Positions 29,522 through 37,359 of a DNA stretch of 64,000 bases are shown here, piece by piece; the first letter of the stretch is position 1, and every line of letters starts with the position of its first letter. The stretch is from Deferribacterales bacterium (GTDB lineage: Bacteria > Chrysiogenota > Deferribacteres > Deferribacterales > Geovibrionaceae). The stretch lies in NCBI GenBank assembly GCA_050251875.1, contig JBFWMA010000004.1, positions 32,001 through 96,000 of the forward strand. The letters run 5' to 3'. The translations under genes and the position numbers were made by a program. The notes beneath the pieces were generated by a model. It was given only the letters and a program-made list of their open reading frames with translations. It had not been told where the DNA came from and made no database searches.

Positions 29522-30000
29522 TGAAAGTAGTAGTATTCGGCGCCGGAAACCTTCTGCTGAGCGATGAGGGGCTGGGTGTTCATCTGGTCAAGAGGATGAA
29601 TGAGAAGTATGCCCCCTCTGACGATGTGGAGTTTTATGACGGCGGCACTATGGGCATACTCGCCACACACAAGCTGGAGGAGACAAAACACGTTATCATC
29701 GTGGATTCTCTGGAGGCTGAGGGCGAGGCGGGCGAACTCCGGGTTTATCAGAAGGAGGATATTATGCTGGAAAAGATTCCGGCAAAGATGTCTCCCCACC
29801 AGATAGGGCTTCAGGAGGTGCTGACACTCAGCGAGCTGAGAGGCAAGGCGCCTGAGTCCATCACATTTTACGGTGTGATCCCAGCCAGTCTGGACAGCGA
29901 TGTGGAGCTGAGCCCCGAGGTGCATAAAAGGATGGAAGAGATAGACGAGATGATAGTCTCGGAGCTTAAAACCTTCGGGATTGACATGTGTCCCGCTTAG
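29521..30000 (+). CDS. hybD: Hydrogenase maturation endopeptidase
   Basis: GNLLLSDEGLG, DGGT, SPHQIGL. Confidence 0.9.
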   Translation: MKVVVFGAGNLLLSDEGLGVHLVKRMNEKYAPSDDVEFYDGGTMGILATHKLEETKHVIIVDSLEAEGEAGELRVYQKEDIMLEKIPAKMSPHQIGLQEVLTLSELRGKAPESITFYGVIPASLDSDVELSPEVHKRMEEIDEMIVSELKTFGIDMCPA

Positions 30001-30020
30001 ACACCTTATATCAATTTATG

Positions 30021-30055
30021 AAAACTGCCGAACCGAGAGGAACGGCAGTTTTTTT
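30021..30055 (+). terminator. Terminator of the hyb operon
   Basis: AAAACTGCCG...CGGCAGTTTTTTT. Confidence 0.85.
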
Positions 30056-30067
30056 ATGCCTGTACGC

Positions 30068-30110
30068 AAAAAAAACGGCGAACCCGCTGTAAAAGGTCCG
30101 CCGCTTTTTT
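30068..30110. terminator. Bidirectional terminator-like hairpin
   Basis: A8-CGGCGAACC...GGTCCGCCG-C-T6. Confidence 0.7.
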
Positions 30111-30205
30111 AGTGCTTAAATCTTATGTAAGGTAGGTGGCTTGTGGCAATAACCATGCGAAAATTTATCCGTTCCAGAAAATTTTCGATACGCTCCATCT
30201 GCCGT

Positions 30206-30239
30206 GTCATTGCGAGGAGCGCAGCGACGTGGCAATCTC
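30206..30239 (+). repeat. Solo copy of the GIY-YIG-associated REP
   Basis: GTCATTGCGAGGAGCGCAGCGACGTGGCAATCTC. Confidence 0.9.
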
Positions 30240-30300
30240 ATTTCATATTTTATTATAACACCAAAAAAACATTTTTGTTTTTTTAGCAATATAATTTTTT

Positions 30301-30494
30301 AAAAAATCCCCGGCGTGTTTAAGATAACGCCGGGGTTAGAAGCGGCTGCTGCCGCCTATGCATCTTTGGTATATTTTCTTTCTTGCTATTTGAGAGCCCT
30401 GTCAGCGGGCAGTATGCCCGCTTTCCCAAGACCTCCCCCAAATATGAGTAGTGACAATCGCAGGTATGTGGTGACATACCTGGCTAACGAGTTG
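30301..30494 (-). ncRNA. Candidate sigma54-dependent small RNA (~195 nt)
   Basis: Lies between a sigma54 promoter and an intrinsic terminator (stem 30308-30316/30327-30335 plus U6). Three more perfect hairpins (30461-30482, 30404-30422, 30342-30355). No convincing ORF. Confidence 0.7.
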
Positions 30495-30504
30495 CGTATA
30501 TAAA

Positions 30505-30521
30505 AGCAATGGATGTGCCAG
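30505..30521 (-). promoter_or_regulatory. Sigma54 -24/-12 promoter
   Basis: Minus strand reads CTGGCAC-ATCCA-TTGCT, matching the TGGCAC-N5-TTGC consensus. Confidence 0.85.
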
Positions 30522-30594
30522 TTTGATAATGTGGTATAACTTACTTGTAGATAATGACAAGTTCGATAATAGCGGATGTTCATATTTTTTAAAA

Positions 30595-30681
30595 TGGCGG
30601 AAATTAGCCATGGGGGACTAGGGTTGTTTTATAAATACTGTGGATTATTAGTTGTTTGTGATGTGTGGCGAAAATCAGCCA
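30595..30681. promoter_or_regulatory. Two putative enhancer (UAS) sites
   Basis: TGGCGGAAATTAGCCA (30595-30610) and TGGCGAAAATCAGCCA (30666-30681); imperfect palindromes ~100-190 bp upstream of the sigma54 start. Confidence 0.7.
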
Positions 30682-30691
30682 GAAATAAAAA

Positions 30692-32056
30692 TCAGGATAT
30701 GTTGTGTTTTTCCAGCTTATATCGGAGAGTTCCTCTGGGGATATTCAGCAGTCTGGACATTTTCGACACGTTGCCCTTTGTCATGGAAAAAGCCTTTGAT
30801 AATAGCTGTTTTTCTATATCTGAGAGCATGTTCTCCAGATCGGCGCCTGTTTCCGGGATTTCCAGAGCGGTTCCGCCATTTTTGTCATGCTTCTCCCCGG
30901 CTATCTCTCTGGGCAGCATGTCCGCTGTTATGGAGCTGGCGCTGTTCATGATACATATCCGCTCCACCATGTTTTTGAGCTCACGGATGTTGCCGGGCCA
31001 TGAATAATTTCTGAAAAGCTCAAGGGCGTCTTTTGATATCTCTTTGATATCTTTCTTAAATTCAGCGTTGAATCTGCCGAGAAAAAAATTAAGCAGAGGC
31101 GGGATGTCGTCCTTGCGCTCTCTCAGCGGGGGCAGATATATCGGAAATACGTTCAGACGGTAATAGAGGTCTTCTCTGAACTCTTTGGTGTTTATAGCTT
31201 CTTTCAGATCTTTGTTCGTGGCGGCTATTATGCGCACGTCTATGTCGATGTTTCTGTTGCTGCCCAGACGCCTCAGCTTGCGCTCTTCCAGCACACGGAG
31301 CAGTTTCACCTGGAGGTTCATGTCCATGTCGCCTATCTCGTCCAGAAAGAGCGTGCCTCCGTTCGCCTCTTCCAGAAGCCCTGTCTTGCGGGATTTGGCA
31401 TCGGTGAAGGCTCCTTTCTCGTGTCCGAAAAGTTCTGATTCCAGAAGGTTATACGGCAGTGATCCGCAGTTGATGTCTATGAATGGTCTGTCTTTTCTCG
31501 GGGACAGGTTGTGTATGGCTCTGGCGGCCACCTCCTTTCCCGTGCCCGATTCGCCTGTGATGAGCACAGTGGCGGTTTCGTGCTTGGCAACTTCCGCTAT
31601 CTTTTTGAATACGTCTTTCATCGGGCGGCTCGATCCCACCACCTCCGGAAGCTGTACCCCGTCACGTTTCAGAGACTTCAGCTCTCTCTTCAGACTCTGG
31701 GTTTCCAGCGCCAGTCTGACGATGAGGTGTATGGCGTCCGCTTTGAACGGCTTTTTGATGTAGTCGTAGGCGCCCATTTTCAGGGCTTCCACGGCGGTTT
31801 CCACCGTTCCGTAGCCTGTGATTATGATAACGAGGATGTCCGGCACTGTCTCCTTGATCTCTCTGAGGATGTCCAGACCGCTGTCCCTGCCCAGATTGAG
31901 GTCTAGAAGCACTAGGTCGATGTCGCTTTCGGATATCTGGCTGATGGTGCTCTGCCTGTTTTCCGCCGTGAAGACGTCATAGCCTTTCAGAGAGAGGGTT
32001 CTCTCCAGATTTTCACGAACGAATATTTCATCATCGACAACCAGAATTTTTTCCAT
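30692..32056 (-). CDS. Sigma54-dependent response regulator (NtrC family: REC-AAA+-HTH)
   Basis: ILVVDDE, GESGTGKE, ESELFGHEKGAFTDA, LFLDEIG, WPGNIREL, Fis-type HTH. Confidence 0.95.
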   Translation of the reverse strand: MEKILVVDDEIFVRENLERTLSLKGYDVFTAENRQSTISQISESDIDLVLLDLNLGRDSGLDILREIKETVPDILVIIITGYGTVETAVEALKMGAYDYIKKPFKADAIHLIVRLALETQSLKRELKSLKRDGVQLPEVVGSSRPMKDVFKKIAEVAKHETATVLITGESGTGKEVAARAIHNLSPRKDRPFIDINCGSLPYNLLESELFGHEKGAFTDAKSRKTGLLEEANGGTLFLDEIGDMDMNLQVKLLRVLEERKLRRLGSNRNIDIDVRIIAATNKDLKEAINTKEFREDLYYRLNVFPIYLPPLRERKDDIPPLLNFFLGRFNAEFKKDIKEISKDALELFRNYSWPGNIRELKNMVERICIMNSASSITADMLPREIAGEKHDKNGGTALEIPETGADLENMLSDIEKQLLSKAFSMTKGNVSKMSRLLNIPRGTLRYKLEKHNIS

Positions 32057-32082
32057 GATATCCTCTATGCGAATAATGATTA

Positions 32083-32134
32083 ATTATAATAGGTGGCGAA
32101 AATTCGTCAATGATTATGTGGCGAAAATTCGCCT
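32083..32134 (-). promoter_or_regulatory. Sigma70 promoter of the regulator, overlapped by two more copies of the 16-bp site
   Basis: Minus strand TTGACG(32110-32105)-N16-TATAAT(32088-32083); sites TGGCGAAAATTCGTCA (32094-32109) and TGGCGAAAATTCGCCT (32119-32134). Confidence 0.72.
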
Positions 32135-32784
32135 TATATCTGCGGGAATTTTATTATGAATTCTGTGCCTTTATTTTTTTCTGACCGGACAACGGTCTCT
32201 GCTCCGTGGGCGTCCAGAATTTTTTTGGCGGAGAAAAGCCCTATGCCTGTTCCGCCCTGTTTGGATGTGTATCCCTGGTCGAATATTTTCGGCAGGTCTT
32301 TTTCGTCTATGCCGGCGCCTGTGTCCTTTACGGAGACAACGGCCGTGTGTCCGTCTTCTGTCACGGAGACGGTCAGTTCTCCGCCGTCCGGCATGGCTTC
32401 TATGGCGTTATTGATTATGTTTATGAATGCCTGTTTCAGCTTAGGCGTGTTCAGCATGCGCATATCGGTTTCGTTCAGGTCTTTTATCAGGCGGATATTC
32501 TGTTTTTCGCATAGTTTCCGGGATATCAGCAGTATGTCGCCGATCACATTTTCGACTCTTCCGGCGAAGAAGCCGGACGGATAGGTTATGGTGTCGGTGA
32601 GATATTCCGTCAGCAGATTTTCCAGACGCTCCACTTCGGACAGGGCTTTCACTATCAGCTCCCGCTCGTCCGGTCTGTCGGACAGTCTGTCGTGGATGCT
32701 GTCCAGCATCACGCTGAGCCCTGTGAGCGGGCTGCGTATCTCGTGTATCAGTTCGCTAATAAAAGGATCGGCTGTTTTTTTCAT
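32134..32784 (-). CDS. Histidine kinase core (HisKA plus HATPase), no sensor domain
   Basis: HEIRSPL, NAIEA, DTGAG, GTGIGL; only 216 aa. Confidence 0.88.
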   Translation of the reverse strand: MKKTADPFISELIHEIRSPLTGLSVMLDSIHDRLSDRPDERELIVKALSEVERLENLLTEYLTDTITYPSGFFAGRVENVIGDILLISRKLCEKQNIRLIKDLNETDMRMLNTPKLKQAFINIINNAIEAMPDGGELTVSVTEDGHTAVVSVKDTGAGIDEKDLPKIFDQGYTSKQGGTGIGLFSAKKILDAHGAETVVRSEKNKGTEFIIKFPQI

Positions 32785-32925
32785 GTGTTTCCTGCTGTCG
32801 GAATTATAGCGTTATGTACTTATAAAATCAACAAACGGAGATATTATGTGTTCGGGTTTTTTACCTTTATACATTGATAAATTTGCGGTATCATTTGTTT
32901 TTTCAATACAAATAAAGGAATCGTT

Positions 32926-33936
32926 ATGAACATTCTTATTACGGGCGGAGCCGGATACATAGGCAGTCATGTTGCTAAACAACTTATAGAAGAGAAAAAA
33001 CACAGCGTGACTCTGCTGGATAATCTCTCTACAGGTTTTCAGTCAGCAGTGGACAGCCTGATATCTATGGATTCTTCTGTAAAATTTATAAGGCATGATC
33101 TTTCGGACTGGGATAAAACCGAAAAACTTATCAAATCAGGCGGATATGACGCCGTTATTCATTTTGCCGCTTCTCTGATAGTTCCGGAATCGGTGAAAGA
33201 ACCTCTGAAATATTATATAAACAACACCGCCAATACGTCCAATCTGGTGAAATGCTGTGTGGAATCCGGGATAAACAGATTTATATTCAGTTCCACCGCC
33301 GCTGTTTACGGCGAGCCTGAGAATATGGCGAAGACAGGGCTTAGGGAAGATGACGCTCTGATGCCCATCAGTCCGTACGGCAGAAGCAAACTTTTCAGCG
33401 AGTATGTTGTAAGGGATGCAGGAACCGCTTATCCTGACTTTAAATATGTTATTCTGAGATATTTTAATGTGGCAGGTGCTTCCGGAGACGGGCTTATCGG
33501 TCAGTCAACGCTGAATGCCACACATCTGGTAAAGGTGGCGGCGCAGACAGCGCTTGGCATCAGAGAAAAGATGTTCATATACGGCGGTGATTATCCCACT
33601 CCGGACGGCACATGCGTCAGGGATTATATCCATGTGGATGATCTGGCTTCAGCACACCTCTGTTCTCTGAGCTATCTGGACGGCGGCGTAAGCGGTATAT
33701 TTAACTGCGGCTATGGTCACGGATATTCTGTGAGTGAAGTGATAGATATTATGAGGGAAGTCAGCGGAAAAGATATTAATGCTGAGATGTCCGGAAGAAG
33801 AGCGGGCGACCCGGCCGATCTGATAGCAGACAGCAGAAAAATAAAGGATATGACTGGCTGGAAGCCGGTTTTTGACGATCTGAGGCATATCTGCCGCACG
33901 GCTTTGGATTGGGAAACAAAATTATCTAATAGCTAG
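32926..33936 (+). CDS. galE: UDP-glucose 4-epimerase
   Basis: TGGAGYIGSH, FSSTAAVYG, YGRSK, LRYFNVAGA, DGTCVRDYIHV. Confidence 0.95.
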   Translation: MNILITGGAGYIGSHVAKQLIEEKKHSVTLLDNLSTGFQSAVDSLISMDSSVKFIRHDLSDWDKTEKLIKSGGYDAVIHFAASLIVPESVKEPLKYYINNTANTSNLVKCCVESGINRFIFSSTAAVYGEPENMAKTGLREDDALMPISPYGRSKLFSEYVVRDAGTAYPDFKYVILRYFNVAGASGDGLIGQSTLNATHLVKVAAQTALGIREKMFIYGGDYPTPDGTCVRDYIHVDDLASAHLCSLSYLDGGVSGIFNCGYGHGYSVSEVIDIMREVSGKDINAEMSGRRAGDPADLIADSRKIKDMTGWKPVFDDLRHICRTALDWETKLSNS

Positions 33937-34011
33937 ATAATTTCATACCTGTGTAGTATAATTGCCTTGTGACCGTATAGATTTATTTAATAAACCTTAG
34001 GGAGCTGACGA

Positions 34012-34371
34012 GTGAAAATATTGGTAGTTGATGATTCCGGATTTGCCAGAAGGGCTCTGATAAAGCTGATAAACGAACAGCTGGAGGGATGGGCTGTCAT
34101 AGAAACAGGTGAAGGGAAACAGGCTATGCCCCTCTTTCTTGAGCATAAGCCCGAGCTTGTGTTTCTGGATCTGACTATGCCGGAGGTAAGGGGCGAGGAT
34201 ATTCTGGCGGATATCAAAAAAACCGATATTCCCAGCAAGGTCATCGTGGTTTCCGCTGACATACAGCAAAAAACAAGAGAAATAGTGATGGGGCTCGGAG
34301 CGGACTATATGGTGAATAAACCTATAAACGCGGAAAAAATAGCCGAGGCTCTCACAGCGGTTATGATCTGA
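34012..34371 (+). CDS. Single-domain response regulator (CheY-like)
   Basis: ILVVDDS, FLDLTMP, VSAD, KP. Confidence 0.9.
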   Translation: MKILVVDDSGFARRALIKLINEQLEGWAVIETGEGKQAMPLFLEHKPELVFLDLTMPEVRGEDILADIKKTDIPSKVIVVSADIQQKTREIVMGLGADYMVNKPINAEKIAEALTAVMI

Positions 34372-34378
34372 GGTAGAT

Positions 34379-35002
34379 ATGGAGAACCTTACTGAACTTC
34401 AGACGGAGGCGATGGGCGAGCTGTTCAACATAGCCTATGGGCTTGCGACTTCCCTGATCTCCGATTCCATCGGGATGCACTCCAGTATGTATGTGCCGGA
34501 GATGGAAATTATAGACATAGAGAATCTGGCGGATACCATTGCCGGCGTCATAGACGAGGACAAAGAGTATTACCATGTTTCTCAGGTCTTTCTGAACTAT
34601 CTCGAAGGCGAGACGGTGATGCTGATGAGCAGAGAGTCCGCGGCGGCTCTCACCGAATGTTACAGCAGGATAGACGACATGCTGGACGATTCCAGCGAAG
34701 AGGACATCAAAAGCTGTACTCTGGAGATATCCAATATCATTACATCAGCGCTCATTGGGCGCATAGCCGACCTGACGAATACCGAGATATTCTTTCAGCC
34801 GCCGGAGATAAAACCTTATAAAACATCCGAGATACACGATCTCAGAAGAGGATCTGAGTTTTCTCAGGTTATCGTGATCAAGGTTATTATAGATATCGAT
34901 TCCACAGAGATCAAAGGACACATGTATGTGCTTCTGAAAGAGCAGTCTTTCAGCAGATTTAAAGAGGCTCTGGATTATTTCATTGATCATTACGCAGGGT
35001 AG
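34379..35002 (+). CDS. CheC-like phosphatase
   Basis: ELFNI and EISNI (ExxN) motifs. Confidence 0.8.
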   Translation: MENLTELQTEAMGELFNIAYGLATSLISDSIGMHSSMYVPEMEIIDIENLADTIAGVIDEDKEYYHVSQVFLNYLEGETVMLMSRESAAALTECYSRIDDMLDDSSEEDIKSCTLEISNIITSALIGRIADLTNTEIFFQPPEIKPYKTSEIHDLRRGSEFSQVIVIKVIIDIDSTEIKGHMYVLLKEQSFSRFKEALDYFIDHYAG

Positions 35003-35007
35003 GTGAC

Positions 35008-37353
35008 ATGACCGCTCCCAATTATCTGGACCATATCCTTAACGGGGCGATGGTTCTGGACGAACAGTGTACGGTTCTTTTCTGGAACCATTGGCTGGAG
35101 ATTCAGACGGGGATCAAAAGAGGCGACATAGTCGGCAACTCCCTTTATGACTTTTTTCCGGATATCAATAAAAAACTGATAGAACGCAAGCTCAGACAGG
35201 TATACGCTCTGAACACCCCCGCATTCATCAATGCAGAGGCGGAGAAATATCTTCTGAAAATCCCTTCTAAAAAAATATCAGGCAAAATATACGACTACAT
35301 GCTTCAGAATGTCGTTATTTCCATCTATGAGAAGAAAGAGAAATACACGCTCTTTATGATCTACGACCAGACATCGCTTCTGGAGGCGAGGGTTCGTCTG
35401 GAAACCAGCGCCCGGCTTCTGGAAGAACAGCACAGTCTGCTTCAGAACACCCTCGATTTTCAGGCAAACGTGATTTTTGTTATGGATGATAACAGAATAG
35501 TTAACTATAACAATAACTTTCTGGAAGTCTTCGGATATGACTCGGTGGAGAGGGTGAACTCCGGCGAGAGAGACCTGCTCAGCTATGTCAGCACGGAAAA
35601 GAATGAAAATCTGAACGATATATACGGTTCTTTCAATAACTTTATTCTGGACAGCCTTAACAGAAACAGGCTGAACAAAATATCCGTTGTGGATAAAAAC
35701 ACCGGCAGAGAGACCACATTCCTCTTCAGCGTCAGAAAGATGCCCGAACACAGCACCATAATAGTCTCCATGACGGACATCACGCTCCTTCAGAACAGGG
35801 AGAAAGTTCTTCAGGATATCAACCTGGAGCTGAGCAGAAGATATGAGGACAAAAACGCCGAGCTGAAAAAGCTGAACTTCGACCTCGCCAGAAACAGAGA
35901 CCAGCTCAGGATCGCTCAGGAGGTTGCCAGCATCGGCAGTTTCGAGTATTCCTGCGCCACCGGCACCATATTCCTCAGCCACGGTCTGAAGATCATTTTC
36001 GATAATCCGGACATAGCGGCTCTCAGCCTGCCGGATGTTCTGGCGTATCTTAAGCCGGAATACAGAAAAGCGGTGTCCGAAAAGGTGGCTCTGGCGTGCA
36101 GAGAGGGCGGGGATTTTTCGGCGTATGCCGTTATCGTGTCTAAGAAAGGCGTTGAAAAACCCATCGGCATACACTGCCGGGTCTTCGGAGGCGTGGACGA
36201 GGGCAGAAGACTCACCATCACCATGAACGACCTTACCAACATAAAACAGCTTGAAAACCAGATAAAAGACAGAGAACAGCTCGTGTCGTCACTCTTCGAT
36301 GTGGCGGATATCGGATTCGTCATCACCGACAGAAACGGCGTGATTTTCCGTGTGAACAGGGCGTTTCTCTCCATGACAGGCTATATATCCGATGAGCTGA
36401 TAGGCGCCAGTCTGGATAAACTGCGCATAGAATCCTACAAGAGTGATTACGGGCAATATGACAGAGAGGACGGCGGAACTCTTTCCGAAGTCACCCTGAC
36501 TCATAAAACCGGGGACAAGCTCTATGCCTATATGAATATCTCCACATTCAAAGGGCAGGACGAGGACGAATACAGAGTTCTGGCTCTCACCGACATCACC
36601 GACAGGATCAACCTGCTGTCCGAGCAGAAGGAGCAGGAACAGCTCCTCATCCAGCAGTCGAAGATGGCGGCAATGGGCGAGATGATCGGCGTAATAGGAC
36701 ACCAGTGGAAACAGCCTCTGAACTCCATGAGCCTGATACTGGACAACGTAAAATCGGACGTGGAAGACGATATGCTGGATATCGAGATGCTGAACATCGG
36801 CATCGACAGATGTCTGGAGCAGATACATTTCATGTCGGAGACCATAGACGATTTCCGCAGTTTCTTCAGCCACGAGACAGTGGTGTCTCCTTTCGACCTG
36901 AAGAGCACTGTGGACAACACCGCCAGACTTCTCTCTCCGCTCTTCGAAAGAAACGGAACAAAGCTGGACATAGTCAGCGATCTGGACAGAAGTGTGTATG
37001 TGACCGGAATAGCCAACGAGTTTAAACATACCCTGATGAACCTTCTTTCCAACTCGAAAGACGCCATCTTATCCAGAATAAAAAACGATGCCCGTTTCAA
37101 AGGCAGGATAACAGTCCTGATAAGCAGAGACGGCGACACAGCGACAATCACTGTCTGCGACAATGGCGGCGGAATCCCTGAGAATGTTCTGGAGCATATA
37201 TTCAAGCCCTATTTCACAACCAAAGGCGACAATGGTACCGGAATTGGTATGTATCTGGCGCAGATTATAATCAGTAAAAAAATGAACGGAAGCATCTCCG
37301 CCGAAAACAGGGGCGAAGGCGCCTGTATCAAAATCAGTCTCCCTATCTCCTGA
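35008..37353 (+). CDS. Cytoplasmic multi-PAS sensor histidine kinase
   Basis: Several PAS-like segments; HQWKQPL, DNGGGI, GTGIG. Confidence 0.9.
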   Translation: MTAPNYLDHILNGAMVLDEQCTVLFWNHWLEIQTGIKRGDIVGNSLYDFFPDINKKLIERKLRQVYALNTPAFINAEAEKYLLKIPSKKISGKIYDYMLQNVVISIYEKKEKYTLFMIYDQTSLLEARVRLETSARLLEEQHSLLQNTLDFQANVIFVMDDNRIVNYNNNFLEVFGYDSVERVNSGERDLLSYVSTEKNENLNDIYGSFNNFILDSLNRNRLNKISVVDKNTGRETTFLFSVRKMPEHSTIIVSMTDITLLQNREKVLQDINLELSRRYEDKNAELKKLNFDLARNRDQLRIAQEVASIGSFEYSCATGTIFLSHGLKIIFDNPDIAALSLPDVLAYLKPEYRKAVSEKVALACREGGDFSAYAVIVSKKGVEKPIGIHCRVFGGVDEGRRLTITMNDLTNIKQLENQIKDREQLVSSLFDVADIGFVITDRNGVIFRVNRAFLSMTGYISDELIGASLDKLRIESYKSDYGQYDREDGGTLSEVTLTHKTGDKLYAYMNISTFKGQDEDEYRVLALTDITDRINLLSEQKEQEQLLIQQSKMAAMGEMIGVIGHQWKQPLNSMSLILDNVKSDVEDDMLDIEMLNIGIDRCLEQIHFMSETIDDFRSFFSHETVVSPFDLKSTVDNTARLLSPLFERNGTKLDIVSDLDRSVYVTGIANEFKHTLMNLLSNSKDAILSRIKNDARFKGRITVLISRDGDTATITVCDNGGGIPENVLEHIFKPYFTTKGDNGTGIGMYLAQIIISKKMNGSISAENRGEGACIKISLPIS

Positions 37354-37359
37354 TATTTT

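Noticed and set aside
30060..30200. c-di-GMP or other riboswitch
   Set aside because: I could not match a known aptamer consensus and no gene lies downstream in a leader position.
30315..30611. Three 62-69 aa ORFs in the track
   Set aside because: No RBS or recognisable content; they straddle the sigma54 promoter and hairpins, which are better explained as a non-coding unit.
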